Shown here: piece by piece, positions 37,101 through 53,200 of the stretch
How positions within the stretch are numbered: the first letter of the stretch is position 1
How the letters are laid out: every line of letters starts with the position of its first letter
Source: Podarcis vaucheri
Lineage: Eukaryota
NCBI GenBank assembly: GCA_965113315.1
Contig: OZ220363.1
Length of the DNA stretch: 64,000 nucleotides
Direction: 5' to 3' (one strand)
Notes under the pieces: generated by a model
Seen by the model: the letters and a program-made list of their open reading frames with translations, nothing else
Told to the model about the DNA's origin: nothing
Database searches by the model: none
Position numbers and translations under genes: made by a program

Positions 37101-40100
37101 AAGAACAAACCTTGATTACACTTTGTGGTGTCCTTGGAGTGACACAAACCATGAGCCTGGGTTTGGACATATCGCTAAGCCAAACCATGGCTTAGGCCTG
37201 AGTAGAGCATTAGGACTGAGGGGGCATCAGTCTTGAGAACCTGCACATTTGGTTTGCCTTAGCTTTGTGTATTAAATGGGCTATAGAGAGCTTATGTCAT
37301 TTTAGATCTTTTAGGGACTTAGTAGAGTCTGGTAATATTTATTTCTATCAAATACAAAATTTGGCATCAGGTTGAGAACTGGGAAATCTTCTATGCTATC
37401 AGAAAGCAAATGTGGCTCCCTGTAACCATGGCTTAGGCTTCAATGTCATATACATACTGTTGTCTTTCCTCTACCAATACATATACATATGCACTTATAT
37501 ATAATTCTAGACATATTTTCCATCTCCTTGTCATTGAGCTTTAGCAGGGTTGGGGGTGGGATTGGAAATAAAAAATGTTAAAGCATTGTCCAAGAAAGCT
37601 AGTTACATAAACCAGCTCTGAGCTGAGCTACAAGGAGCTTATCCACCACTATTTTGGATGAGTCTGGAACGGAGCTTGCAGAGTGTCCATACTCTTGTAC
37701 AGGAAGGGGGAACCTATGGCCCTCCAGATATTATCATACTCCAGTTGCTATTGGTTGTATAATTGCATATGGCTGCAATCCTGGGATAAACTTCCATTGA
37801 CTATTGTGGGACCCACTTCTGAGAAAAAATGCATACAATTACTCTGCTGCATTTTTATAGCTTCTACCTTCCCTCTTGTTCTCTTCTCAGTTATGCTCTT
37901 AGCCTATGCCACATATTTTTATTTATTTTCTGCAAGGTCTGAGTTCTTTAAATAAACAGAGTAGTATTGGGCTGTGCAGTTGTGACTACCACATCTGCCA
38001 CCAGCTCCTTCCCACCTCTATTCCATAAACTTCCATGGATTGATGGCATGAAGCTTATGGCAAGATGACAAATGGACAATAAAAAGGCAAAGTGTTGGTG
38101 TTTAAAATAAACTGAAATACAACTAACATCAAACTGAGGAGGCTGGCTTACCTTTACATTGCAGAATGAAATACTTGATAGATGGGCTAAACTTTGCATT
38201 GAAATATGTGCACTGATCTTTCATGAAGTTGCATGAAAGGCATTGGCGATTCAACAATTCAATCGTTGACACACTGAAATGCAAATATATATGCATATCT
38301 TGACAAAGCACATGTCAACATTTAACAAATATATACAAGAAGACATTACGATAGCATGCAACATAAGCATACATTAGGTTGTATGTAATGCTGGTGTAAT
38401 CAGAGTAGACCCATTAAAATTAATGAACCTAAGTTTGTCATGTCTATTAATTTCAATGGGTCTACTTTAATATTAGCATTGGATACAACTGACTATGAGG
38501 ACCAGTATCACAGGAAACTAGCTTAAAGGGTACAAACTTTTTACAAATTACTTCATTCCCCCAGTCCCATTTCTATTTTCCTGAAATGTTTCAATGTATA
38601 CAAAACATTAACTAGAGTCGGTATCAGGATCAGAAGAGAGACTGAAAGTGGCATTCGTTTTATCACAACATACATCACATATATAAAATAACATCCTTTG
38701 TAAGACCACAGAATCGTATTGTCTATTTCTCAGGTAACTGATGGCACATGAATAAGAATGCTATTCCTTCAGACATTAAGGATAACAGGTTTTATAAACA
38801 AAGAGGCACAGGTCCTGTCAATCAGTTGGAAAATATGCTGCTGTTGTTCTGCTTACCTATGTAGCTGTCTTCCTCTTGGTGAACTCTCAGTACTTAAAAA
38901 ATAACTGGCAATGAAAAAGAAAATTAAATACCTTTAGCTGAGATAATAGTAATTTGTTGTAAAGATAAACAAAATGAGTATCATAACTGCAGCTGCAGAT
39001 ATATGCAGATATATGCAGTAGAGGATATTTTGTAAATGCATTTTTTCCCTATTTTCCTATTTTGACAAACTATCTCAAAATCTATTGGTACAATTAAGGG
39101 ATAGATTGCAACATTATTGCCAATAGCACTGAACTGCTTTGAATAGAATGTGACCTAGCTTAAAATTGTCTGTCTCTCTCTGTGTATAGTATAATGTATA
39201 AATAATGTGTTCTCTTAACCGGGCAGATTAATTCATTCTCACATCAGGTACAGATAAAGGGCCATATTATGATGTGGAAACCTCAGCATAATAAAAATTC
39301 TTCGAAAATTACCTGGGGGAATCTCACAAACCTAGGGAGCAGTCCAAACCAAAGATCCACCAGGAAGAGTAGAACAGGGATAGGATGCCTGAGCTCAGCC
39401 AGGGATATGCTGGCTAAAGTGCCTCATCCCAGCTCAGCCAAATAATATATGCCTTTGTAAGAGCTAGATCCCGGCTCTGCTGAAGAAAGGGTGCTCTAGT
39501 AGCATAGTGGTGGCAAAACAGGGCCACCTCTATTTCGGACTCATTTGACCTACCCACCTGGTGGAAGCTACACTAGCAAAAAAGGGTGGTATAATTCAAA
39601 CTCCACTTTAAAGGGTTGTTTTCCTTCAGCCAGGCTTGGGCAGGCTCAGCTGGCAGCAGCCCTGCCCCTGAACAGAGTTTGAAATAGGCATGTAAATTAT
39701 GCTGGCTTCCTACAGTTTGGATTGCTCTGCCTACCGTATAGAAGAATTACAATCATAGAAACATTTCTTACTCAACCTTCGAAAATGCTTCTTTCCCTTG
39801 ATAATACTGCGAGGGTGGCAGACAAGTCCTTTTATAAGCAAAACACCCCCAGCACATTCATCCTTACTGACGATATCTGACATTTATCCCTAAGTATTCT
39901 AAGGAACACAATTAATCTGTAGGAGATTTGAGAATGTAATCCAATATATTAGCTTTACAAGTTGTATTCAAGTTATGCTCCTTATTTATTAGAGCCTAGA
40001 AAAACCCATTTTTTATTTTAATTTCTGTTATTTCTGTCAATGTAGTCAGCCAGAAGATGTCACAGTCTATCTCTGCTCTTTATCTGAGAAAGATTCTTCA

Positions 40101-43100
40101 CTACATTGACAGATGAAATGAATTAGCACTGCAATCCCTGTCTGGGGATTGGCATGGCTTAATGGAGGCTGACAGGGCTGGAAAGAGGGGTCCTTTGCCC
40201 AATCCAATATCTCCCCCCCACCCCCACCAGCCTAGTGTAAAGCAGGGTGGATTGCAATTTAAGTTTCCATTTATATTTAGGGCTAAATCTTATGGTAGTG
40301 CTTGAAAATTAAAGAAATAGTTAATGTGGTTTCCAATAAAACAGTTTTTTAGCTTGATAACACATATATTTTACCTGAACAGACAAAGAAAAATAATGCT
40401 CACATCTTTTGCGTATATTCGTCATATGCCAAGATTTTGATAACTTCCCAGTTTCCTGATGTCAGATGTCTTATACTAAATTGTTCACTCTTGGTCTGCA
40501 AGAAAATAAACAAAAATAATAATAGGTATGTCAATGTCAATGTCCCCACTCCTCTCTCCCCCCCCAAATGATTTTCTGTTGCCTCCTGAATTACCTGTAA
40601 ATATGATTATAATGGCATTTTCAAATGTACAAGTTTAATGTACACAAAATGCACATAAGGAAGACGGTGATCATGATCCTGTGCATGAAAGGCACTGCAT
40701 TCCAAGCATAAATATCTAGCTTGAGCCAGAGATAGATGATCAAAAGTCAGTTTGTGCAATGAGGGCTTTCTTGGCTTGCATGCAAAAATGCTACTCTGGC
40801 AGGACCTTTGGGAACAGCATTTCATGGGGTATTGTGGAACTGCTGCAAGATGTGGAAATTGGGGGAGGGGAATGGGGGGAGGGGCTACTGTGAGCAAGTT
40901 CTCTATCTGCTCCTGAAAAACATCCCTGGATACAAGCCAGGCTGCATTTTTGAAGGCTGCTAATATGAAGTTCAAGTGTGTGTGTGTGTACATGTGGTGT
41001 GCTAATTCATTTCGTCAAGGTTTTAATCTATAAAAGTCTGGATATGGTAAATGGCAAGAAAAGAACTGACCAATTTATGGGGGGCTACCTATGATCTGCC
41101 AGTAGCTGACATTCTTTCAAAGAATGCTAAACTTGCAGGTCTTATTCTAATGCAGCAAGACATTTCCTATGTTCTTATAGAAAAGTAAAAAGAAGAGAAA
41201 TGCTTGTGGTATCTTGAAGACAAGCAGATGTACACAGAGAGACAAAAGAAATAAATAGTGAATTGAAATGGCACTCATTGACAATTGATGTACACAAGGA
41301 GTGGGAAATCCCTGTCTCCCATGTTCTCCTGGGTGTGAAGGAAAGCCTTCTCTGCCAAAGCAACTATGGAGAATATTAATTGGCTTCAAAATCTGTCCTG
41401 TCCTTCCCTTCCTCCCTTCAAACTAACTGTGGAAGAAAGTGGACTTAGAGCTGGTAATATCTTTGGGTTTGTCCCTCTTGACTCTTGAAGAGATTTGGGA
41501 AAGAATGCATTCCATTTGGTCACGTTTGAGAAGTGGGCCAAATGTGTCACTTAAAGGATAAAAGGACACTTAAGCCAACCATGGTCAGAAAACCCAAGCT
41601 GCAAAAAAAATGTTTTATGAAAAAATTCAAGGGCATAATCTTGTGTTGATATAATAGCAACTTATTTTTATGCACAACCATGCATTTACTGGAAACTGCA
41701 GAACTGACACATATGCTCAAGCCTTGTGTCTTTCTGAAATGACTCGCTATTAATTTCCTTCAATCCTCAGTGACACTCTGGCTACAAGCCACAATGCTAT
41801 GTGCCCTTAAAATAGCTTATTCCTGTGGGATTCAGTTGAACCAATGTTACACTTTGTCAGTCATTTCTTTTTATTCTTCATGAAAGTGATCTACCTATGC
41901 AGAGGAACTAGAGCAATTTCCAGCACCAGAGAAGTATACTGTAGTGCTATCCTGATCATGAAAATTAGGCAGCCGCACCATGTGAGCTACTTGTTCACAC
42001 AGCAGGGTGTTCACATTACTCATGTGAGACTACTGCAAACGTGAGAGGACAGCAGTGAAGAAATAGCAGAGAAAATGTGGTCTGTAAATTAACCTTAAGT
42101 AAGTCTACTCACTTTGTGGTTTGGGAATATGTTTCTTTTTGTACCTAGTTCTATGTGATAAAAGTCTAATGAAAATAGAATTCTATTGTATACAGATATT
42201 TTAAATTCCATATACATTTTTAAAATATCTGTATACATACATTCCATATACATTTTAATTCCTATGCATCTCAAATAAAATCAATATATGATGCTAATTT
42301 TTATCAGGACTACACAAAGCTTCTCTGAGGCCTGGGCCAAAACTTTACTGGTCTCTTCCTATCCAAGATATAAGGCACCTATGTGCATGGAATTCTATCA
42401 TACAAGCCCCACGTGGAAGGCACGAACTAACACTGTTCCTCGTCCTATTTAAAGCAGCCTTATTTCTTATTGCAGCAACAGTGAATTAGTTAGGGCGGGA
42501 AACCATTTGAAAGTGTTGTAGTTACTGAAAGGGAATTATAATTACCTCCTTTGTCAGTGGCTTTTGAAAAGGATCATGTAATATCAACCCAGGAAAAAAA
42601 AGTTTTCTTACTTCTTCCTTAGTGTTTAGTGCAGCAAAGGTAAACAGTGGTCTAACTATGATAGCAATTTGACCCCACCTCTCTCTCTCAGTCCCAGACA
42701 TAGATGAGTCGTGCAATGCAAAGAGGTTTTCCATCACTACAACCCCCAGCATCCCTCAAAACTGTTGCTCCTCTTGAAGATCTCCCTGGAATGTCAAGTG
42801 ATAGGGCCATGAGAGGCTCACATGGAATGGAGAAACTGTGAGAATTTGGTGGGGCTGCCACAGAATCATGGAATGGGAGAGTTGGAAGGGGCCGCAAAAG
42901 TCATCTAGTCCAATCCCCTGCAATGTAGGAATCTTTTGCCTAATGTGGGGCTCCAACCCATGACCCTGAGGCTAAGAAGGAGACTTGGATCCAGAATGTG
43001 GCAGCTAGACTAGTGACTCGAAATGGCCACCAGGACTATATAACATCGGGCCTAAAGGATCTTCGTTTGCTCCCAGTATGTTCCTGAGCACAGTTCAAAG

Positions 43101-46100
43101 TGTTGCTGCTTTAAAGCTCTAAATGGCCTCAGCATCTCCACCTGCATTGTTCAGCCTGGACACTGAGATCCAGCTCCAAGGGCCTTCTGGTAGTTCCCTT
43201 ACTGTGAGAAGTGAAATTACAGGGAACCAGGCAGAAGGTCTTACTGGTAGTGGCACCCACCCTGTGGAACACCCTCTCATCAGATGTCAAGGAATAAACA
43301 ACCATTTGTCTTTTAGAAGCCAACTGAAGGCATCCCTGTATAGGGAAGTTTTTGATGTTCTTAATATTTTGTTGAGAGCCACCCAGAGTGGCTGGGGCAA
43401 CTCAAACAGATGGGCAGCTTATTCTTATTCCCATGCTCTACCAAATGAGCTATCAGGTGGATTGTGGCAGAACAGAGTCTAAAACAAAGATGTATGCTCC
43501 CAAGACCACATTCCTAGCATGTTCACACTCTTGCTTCAGCAACATCTATGCTGGCTTGGTCACGTCCACAGAATGGAAGATGGCAGGATCCCCAGTGAGG
43601 TGTTCTATGGGTAGCTGGCTTCAGGCACCAGGCCTGCTGGTCGACCAACTCTGTGTTATAAAGACATCTCTGGTTCCAAGCATTATACATACACATTTTT
43701 ATGAGATTCCATTCAGAAGGACTAACATTTCAGTAAATGTTAATAGGATCTGAACAACTGAGATTCACCCTACCTATGGAAAGAATGCTAGAATATCTCT
43801 TAATTACTATTAAAAATGTAATCAACTTAATAAAAAGAAAATAAGGTGTTCCAGCATTATCCAAAGTATAACACACAGGGGAAAGCATTAGAAGCATTCA
43901 CTGACAGATCACAATAATCACGCAAAGCTTCAGTACAGCCGCTGTGGCTTCCCATGGCTTTTTAAATCCCATGACATTTCACAGAATGTTCCTCTAATTA
44001 CTACAGAAACATTAAATGAAATGCCACAGACAGTTGTCATATATTTCTGTCAGTACAAATGTATAAAGTACAATAAATGTGCACTTTAAAATCTACAATC
44101 TCAAGATCAATAGCATGGTATATAGGAGCAACATATCAGGCAGTGGGGAAACACACTGAAAATACAAATCCAGCACATACACTTCAAAGTCAAGTCGACA
44201 CATTCCCCAACAGACTTTGGCTGAGTCTAGACTTGCAGCAGAATGAAGGTGGTTCTTTAAACTACTGGTGGCCAATAGCACTTTTGATAGTGACCTCGTA
44301 CAAAGCAAAAACAAAACAAAACAACCCTCCACATATGGCCCCATGGCCTCCCCTCTCCAAGTCTGCTCTGGAGGGGAGGGTGGACTCCCAGAACAGTGCA
44401 TGTGGGGAGGACAGGGGAGATTATTTTGGCAAGCAAACAGAAATGCTTGCACTGATCAAACATTCTTCTTAATGTTAGGGTGAATGCCTCACAACGCTTA
44501 TAGCTCAGCTCTCTGCCTTTTTTTTTGCTGGTTTTCCTATTTGTGCTACATTTTTAATGTAAGGAAGCAATAAAAAATGTGATCTCCAACTAGTAATATA
44601 TCATTTCACCATACTACCACACACTGCACCCTACCGTCTCATTCTGCTGAATGTGTAGACCAGGTCTCTGTTTCTTCCAAGTAAGTACAACCAGTGTTTT
44701 TTTCTGCACCCTACTACTGCCACCTCCCCCCCCCCATGTTAAAAGTGTGGCACTTACTGTAGCAACTTCATGGAAAGTACTGGCATCTTTTTTCAAACAA
44801 AACAAACAAACAAAAAAAGCACTGAGTACAATGCCCTGAGATACTGAAAATGGTTCCAAATGCTTCATTCACTGGCTTCTTTGCAAGTGCTCTTTCATGA
44901 AACAGCAAAGGGATCTTTAGTCATTCACCAGCTTTCTTGCCAAATCAAATCACCACATCAACCTGCTGGGAGGATGCTTTTCATCATTTCAGAGGACAGA
45001 ACTATGCATCATTTGAAGTGTTCTGTGATTACGATTTTTGTTAATACCTACAAATCAGTGACTAAAATCTGAATATATTCGGAGTAGCGTGCAACTCAAG
45101 GCATCGTACGTCGCTTCATAAGACATTTAAGCAATGGTATAATTAATTACAGACTTGTGCAATTATGAGCTTGAAATTGTGAAATAAACCTACCTGAACA
45201 TTAAACATGGCAATATGATGGAATTCACCACGACCACCTTGCTTAACAGGAACTGTCATAAAGAATTTATTGCCATCTTTAGAAAAAACTGGCTCCTCAT
45301 TCTATAAAAATGAAATAGAATCAGAATTCTGTAATTTTCTGTTAAGCACTATGCTTGCCCGAGGGATCATATTACACCAATCCTGTAGTAGCTGCACAGG
45401 TTACCAATTTACCTCCAGGCACAATTGATAGTATTGGTGGCTCCCTTTAAAGTCCTAAGTGGTTTAAGTCCAAGATAACTTATGGGCCCCCACCTACCAT
45501 TCATCTTGCTAACTCCCTAAGATGAGAAATAGGGAGGAATACTCCTAAGGTGGAATCACATCACTATACATGTGAAAAGCCTTGTGATCCTTGCCTGGTA
45601 CATTAAATGTTATTAATTAAGATCTGACAGCTGTATACACCTGACACTGCTCCTATGCACCTGTTCCAGAATATCTGCTTGAAATGCCATCCCAATACCC
45701 TTGCGAGTTCAGTGTACTTCCAGAATTGGTAATACTTCTGCAGTTACTCCAATGCTTAAAAACCATTTTGTTTGCTTCTCTTAAATTAATCTTTAATTCT
45801 TTTTCAGATTAATGGATCGACATAGTCTAGTTTAAAATGCGGACATTTACCAACATTTTATTAACAGCTAACGTATTAATGATACACATTTTCCATTCAA
45901 AGCAATTAATAATGTAAGTACCTGTTTAGAAAGCCACACTTCAGATGTAAACTCATATTTCTAAAAAGAAATATATATAAAGTTATAAAATACATATACA
46001 AAATCTTGCTAATTGAAAATCATTGCATTTTGCATTTTCCTCTGTTACCTAGTTAAAATGCCACACAAACAGGAATAGCAGCAGGTTGCACTTTGAACCA

Positions 46101-49100
46101 CATAGTTCCTATAACACAGGCAATTAAGATGGCCTTTTTTAGAGAGAGCACGCATGCAATTTCTTTGTTGAAACACTGCCTTTTGATTTATTTCCAGGCA
46201 TCAAAGTGCTGCTGCTGACCTTTGTTTAGGATGCTGAAGAACCACTTTTCCCTGCTGGAGTCTGCTAGCCAATTGGGCTAATCTTTGGAAGCTCTCCTGT
46301 GTGTCTCAACATCCCCAGAAATATGCTTATTTGAGACTGAGGGAGGACTCTTTTTTTGGTAGCTGCACCTAGGCTTTCAAACCAGATTCCAAGGGAAACC
46401 CATGTTGTCTCCTCAGCAGTGACCTTTCAAAAACATCCCCTTTTTAGAAGGGGTATGGCTGTAAACTGCTGGAATTGGTATTAACTGTAAATATTTGAAT
46501 TTTTTAAAATTGATGCATTGTGTTATTATATCCTGCTGCTGTTTCAATGTTAGGTTGTAAAGTATAATTAAGAATTTTACATGTTTCTGGATAATTTATG
46601 TTTTTATTTTCTTTTGGAAGGTGCTTTGAGCTCTTCGGAAAAAAGACAGGATACAAATATTTTAAAATAAATAAATGAAGTGGTATCCTAAAGAAGATTA
46701 AATTAGCTACTGACCCTCTCAGGTGCTAAGACTGGCAGGAGGGCTTTCTTTGTTGTCTCTCTCTCTCTCTCTCTCTCCCCCCCCACACACACACACTCCT
46801 ACCCCTGTGCGCAGGGAATAGTGGCCTGGAAGAGGGCTTTCACTGTGGAACCCCTAAATTGCAGAACTCCCTTTTCATAGAGTTGCATCTAGCATCTTCT
46901 TTGTATAGATTTTGCTGTATGATGAAGAAACATCACTTTTTCCTGGCTTTTGACAGTTAAGGGGTTTTGATTTATGGGACCTTCTTTTGCTAATTTTGTA
47001 CTGTTCTGGCAATAATGGTTTTACTTGCTTTTATAACCGTAACTGTTTTATCTGTTCCTCTAATTGCCTGTTATACCTTATAAACAACTGAATAGGTAAA
47101 TTAAATAGCATGTACTCTGTACTCAGCTCTGATTTAACTCCTGGAAAGTTTTGGATTGGTCACCACTAATTTGAGTAGGAAGGCTTTTAAAAACATATGT
47201 CATTTGTTTGGGAGTGAATGTGTTATTTTGATAGCTAGCATTTCAATGTTAGTATATCGGAAGCATACAAACAATGAACAATACACCTATATACAGTGTC
47301 TTTTAACATAGCTCTGTCACACAATATCAAATAATGTTTGATTTTATTAATTATTTCAGCCCATCATGACTGAATATTTATTTTATGGTTCTTTTGCTTA
47401 ACAATTATACATCAAAAGGAAATATTTAGATTAGCTAACTGTTCAGTGAAAAAAGTGAGCAAATGTGTGCTTGAATAATATTTACAAAAAGTGTGTTATT
47501 AGGAAACATTTCTAAAGTGCATGTAAACAGTAGTAAGGCTGAAGTTCTAAATCTCCTGCTATTTTTTATGATTCTCAGCCTTACTCTGAGAGTTGAACTC
47601 AAATGTTTTGCTTAGACATAAATCACACTTATGTCAATAACTCTGATAATGAAGAGTACTCTTGTGGTTACTAACACTGCTGGAACACAGATTTATCTTT
47701 GGCTAAAGGGCCAATTATTGCTGCTGCTGTTTGATAAGTGCTTCCAAAGACCCTACTGAGAATCCAAATGTTTCCTCGGTGTATTGAGTTTTGGCAGGTA
47801 GAAATCTGTGTGGAACTCATGCTTCCTCTCCACACACCCAGCAGCCCTCCCTACTAGATTATCATGCCCAACTTTTGAGAGGAAGTAAAAGCATGGCAGC
47901 GGAGCAGGTGTTTGTGTGTTTTTCCATTCAGAACAATGTGTTCCACATTATTTCAACCCCAAGGTGAATTCTAACTCATGGAAATAAATTGGCCTCTGGC
48001 ACTGGCAGGAAAACAAGCAAACAAATTAAAAATAAGGACCAAAAGCATGTGCTCTGCATACAGGGACAATAACTGTAAATCTATCCTATGAAAACGATAA
48101 CAAAAATAAATTGCATACCATGCTACAAGCACCAGTTGTCGTCTCGCACACTGTAAGGATGGACAGGTTCTGAGGTCTGTTTAACCACCGCACGACAGTT
48201 TTAGTATTGCTGACCCACTTCACCATCATTATGTAATATTCTCTATGGCAGATACACATTTAAAAATACAGTGGTTATATTGTTCCCACATAAGCTGTGA
48301 AATTACATCCTGCGCACTGCGATAAAGGACACTGATTCATTATTCCACTCAGCATTATACTGGTAACAAACCACATTCCAAGACCGCATTCAGATTCAAC
48401 ATGCAAAACATACATAGTGAAATTATTGTACAGTGACTGTACAGTGGTACCTCTGGTTACGTACTTAATTCGTTCCGGAGGTCCGTTTTTAACCTGAAAC
48501 TGTTCTTAACCTGAAGCACCACTTTAGCTAATGGGGCCTCCAACTGCTGCTGCGCTGTTCTCATCCTGAAGCAAAGTTCTTAACCAGAGGCACTATTTCT
48601 GGGTTAGCAGAGTCTGTAACCTGAAGCGTATGTAACCTGAGGTAACACTGTACTGTATTTTACAAAACTGACATAACAATTGGTTTACTGGTTACTGGCT
48701 GTCATGTTGCTCTTAACAACTTAAGTTGCCTTATGTTTTACAGTTTTGCTTTAGGTTTTGTAACAAACAGTAGTGTTTTTAGTGATATGAAGTAGTCAGA
48801 AATAATGTAAAATGCCAAGGACATTCTGCAAACACTCTGTGCAAAAAGGGTAGCCGACAAAGCAGCACAGATACTTGCGTCCATGGAAAAAAAGAAAAGA
48901 ATAATAATAATCCCCAGCACTGTATTGCCAAATAGATTGCCTGCCTGCAAACATTTGTAGCTAAATCGGTTTTATCAGTGCTCCAGAAAAATGCTCTCTC
49001 CTTCTAAATCCTTGTTAGATTGCCATGATGAAACTGTTACCAAGACCACCTAGTACAATCTGTCATGTCTAGGCAGTTCAGTATATTATTTGTGGCTACT

Positions 49101-49671
49101 GACAAACAGCTATCACCTATCATACTCTACGAGCAGACTCCTTACCCACCAGACCTTCTATGGGAAATGTGGGCTGTTGAGGAGGCTGCGACACTCAGTG
49201 CTAGTACTGGGGGCGGGGTTAAGGTAAATGAAGGATATGCATCATTGTAACCACATTAAGGTAAGTATCACTCCCAATCCACACACCCCAAAATTTCAGG
49301 GAATATCTTCACATTTTCTCTCATTTTTACAGGGAATTCCGTATGTTCAGGGGTGTTGACTTTTCACCTTTCTCTTCCACACAAAAGCCTCAGAAACATC
49401 ACACCCCTAATTTAAGCTACTCTAGGAACCTGGGATGCAATTTTCAAGTACTGTACTGAATGAAGCAAAACTCTATTATCTTATACAATGCTACACAAAA
49501 GACAGTGGCTTCAAGAATGCAACTCTAAGCACATTTTAGATCATAGCATATGGATAACATGACATTAATGTAGTTTTGATTAAATATTCATTATTGTTTT
49601 TACTGAAATATATATATGTATATTTCCAAACTGTAGGAATGATGAATCACACTATGTATAGATATAGGTAT

Positions 49672-49707
<36 letters not shown>

Positions 49708-50173
49708 ATTTCTACAGATGTGCATGCAAAGACTGAAGACTGAGAGATACAGTTCAGAACAGCATAGCTGAATGAATGAATGAATTCATAGTTGAATATG
49801 CCCTGACATCTGTGGCATTTAGGAATGTTTTACTACCCATTCTACCTGATGTTTAGCTCCTATTTGATTAGCAATGAACTTTAACAAGTCATCTTTCTAT
49901 GCATCACATACCATCTCTTTGGGAAAGTATGTTTTGGTGCTTTTCCCCTTTTAATTTGATGATTCAAATTGTTTGTATTAAAATGCATTCTAATACATTT
50001 ATTAGAATAAAAAACTGTCAGAATCCAACCTGGGTCATCCAAACCCCAGCAGCACAGAGCAAGACCAAGAAAGAAATCTTAACATACACAGTCATTAGAG
50101 TAAGGACTGTTTTCAATGTATATACAGTAACACACAATTTCTGTGGAGTGGGGGAAGAAAGGATAGAAATTGG

Positions 50174-50242
<69 letters not shown>

Positions 50243-53200
50243 ATATATATGAATGGTTTATACTGCTTTAGAGCAGCAATATTCAGTAACCAGAGCATGA
50301 TTTCATAGATAAAATGGATTTTCCTAGAAATGTACATGGTCCTCAAGGCTTCTGTAAAGTAACAGCAGAATGGATTTTTAAACGAGCTCCAACTCAAAAA
50401 GAATTTATCAAATGCATGGAGCTTTTAGTAAGAATGTATGAACCACAGTTTTAAAAACAAGACTGTTGTCACTTTGATCTGCAGCATTCTTGCAATCTTC
50501 CAGCTGGTGGGATATTACTTATGTGCCTACACTTGGTTGAAATGATTAGAGAAAGCCATGTTTGATAGTCAGAGCCAGAAGGATGAGTTAGAAGCATTTC
50601 CAGGTATGACTGAGTCTTGGGTATGGTACAATCAGGTCACATCTACACTATATGTGCACATTTCTACCACTTTCACAGGCTTGGCTTCCCTCAAAGAATC
50701 CTGGATGGGCTTTACTAAAGTAATGGCTACAGATTCTAGTTCTGGGATTGGTCAGTTTCTATAAAGAACTTTGTGCTTAAAAGAGAAGGGAAGCATCAAT
50801 ATTCTAGGAATTCTATAAAAACTTTATTGGAATACAAGCCTATGAGTGGGATTACCAGTTTAAAGAGAGTGTCAATTTTGGGCATTAAATATGCAAAGAA
50901 TTATCTGTGTTTCCAAGTAAGAAAAGAGATGGAACAGAAACTGGCAAGCTGTAACTTAGTGGCTATAGTCTCCTGATACTGGTTGGCTATGATGTCAAGA
51001 GAACCTGAGCAGAGGTGGCCATACTCTCTAATGGTCCCTTGTGCAAAATCCTCTTCCTTTTGTAGGGGAGGCTCCAAATTGAGTTTGATGATATACCTGT
51101 ATCCAACTACATACCTTCTGATCGGAGGTGAAATATGATTATGAAGAGAAGACGTTTAATTAAATATGATGTCTGTGTCTTCACTATGTACTATGTAGAA
51201 ATCATAGATCCATATTTATATTTAATATTAACATGACAAAGCTATATTAGAATAATAATCTAATTAACACCAGTAACTTTAAATTCGTTCAGTTCGAAAT
51301 TTAAGGGTATTTGTGAGCTGCCTTAGATCCTATGGGCCCCATGCATCTCACACCCAGTATGCTGTTTATGACAACCACTAAATCTGGACCAAGTTATTAT
51401 GCAGAAAGGATTGTACTTCAGTTCCATTGCATTGTAATGCATTGGCCATTACAAGCCTTATAATAAAGATACAGTCTATTTAAACCCAAGCTGATAGTCC
51501 TGCTGTTTTTTTCAGCTACATGTTACTTCCAGAAAACTGTTTCAGGACTGTTAACTTAAACCGAGATTAACTTCAATTTATTTGTGCATGTAGAGAGTCA
51601 CAGATAGTTAATTTTCAGATGACATACTGCTTACCTTGATATAAAGCCATCTGGTGGCATGAGTTCCAATGTATGTGTTGGTCCATACAGATTGACTACG
51701 TATAACTTGACTGTTGGATTCATTTCTCCTGCCTTTGAAAAGAATGGATGAATAAGTGTGATATGTATTTGCAAAGACACAGAGAAGAACCACAGCTCTA
51801 TGTGAAAATGTTAAAAGATGGATAGCATAGCTAACCAATTGTCATCGAATACATACATTAGTTGAATTCATGTGTCTTAACCAATTGTTGAGAATGCACA
51901 ACCCTATGCTCCCAGCTATGAGGCCATGAATGACTGCATACAAGAAAAAATATATTCCTGTAGGCCTGGTGGAATGTATTACATATCCAGAATAAAATGA
52001 TTTAAAAACATGGATTTTAATCTAAAATGGGGGGGAAAGAACAACTATTATTGAAAACATTTACTTTCTGGATGGACTATTCTGACTCCTGTCTTTGTAG
52101 TTTGGGGAAGATGTGTACTGCATACACAAAACATTGTAAAAGTGGAGATCAGGCTATCAAGTTAAGCTGTGTAAAAAGAAAGAAAAACACCTAACCTTAG
52201 TTATCACTTGCTTGCAGCCCCAATATCCTGCTGCCATGGTGTTACTTTGGTGTGTGTTTTTAAATCTTCTTCGTCGCTGACTGATTCTAGCTAATCAGGA
52301 ATTATATAGTGACTACATTATCAAGGCATCAGAGAGCCAATCAGGACCACTTCACGACACCACTGAGGGCAAATGAATCTCTCAGATTGTCCTTATTCTG
52401 ATGGGCGATGGATGTGTCATCACTGCTGCAGAAAGCAAGCAGTCTGGCATTCTTTTCTCATTGCATATGTGTTTTCACTGAAATAATTCAAGTCATAGAT
52501 GGCCAGCTGCATGGCAGTATTTGGGCAGAACCTGAATGTGGATGTCATCCAAATGCATTTCATTCCTTTCACTGAAATGCCCATTTGAATGTGTAATGCC
52601 ATCCCAATAATGTTGCACTGAATCAACTACATATATTATGAGATTAGGATGAGGGAATGTTGCCTAAACAAGAGGGATGTGTTCTGTCTTCCCTGACACC
52701 CATCACCTTGTAAACACTTTTCACAAGGGGATGTCAAAGTTGCTGAAAAGGACTGGTGCTTTTTGTATGGGATGAAAGCATTTGTAAAAAGTGCCATGGA
52801 AACCCTATTTTGGCTCAGCAGCAGTCATAAATATTCCCGTAGTAATGAAGTGGAATACTGTACTGCAATAACAAAGTCCTTTGTCAATATTACCAGATCA
52901 CTAGCTTCATAATTAATTATGGTGAATTGAAAGCTAACAGAAGTATTAAATAAAGGTAAAGGTTTTATTACCATAATTCTGCATTGCCTGTGATAAATGG
53001 AACTAGACTTTCATTTCCTCTTCCCAAAGCTTAATTTTATTGTACAGCTTGTCTTTAATTTTGTTTTCCTTTTGGCACTATAGAATAAGACATTGCTAAA
53101 GAAAACTAACAAAGCGATTCTAGAGATTAATTTTCCTGCTACTGAAAAGAAACAGGATATCAACTGATTTATTAAGTAAAAATAGTGTTGCCATTCAGTT

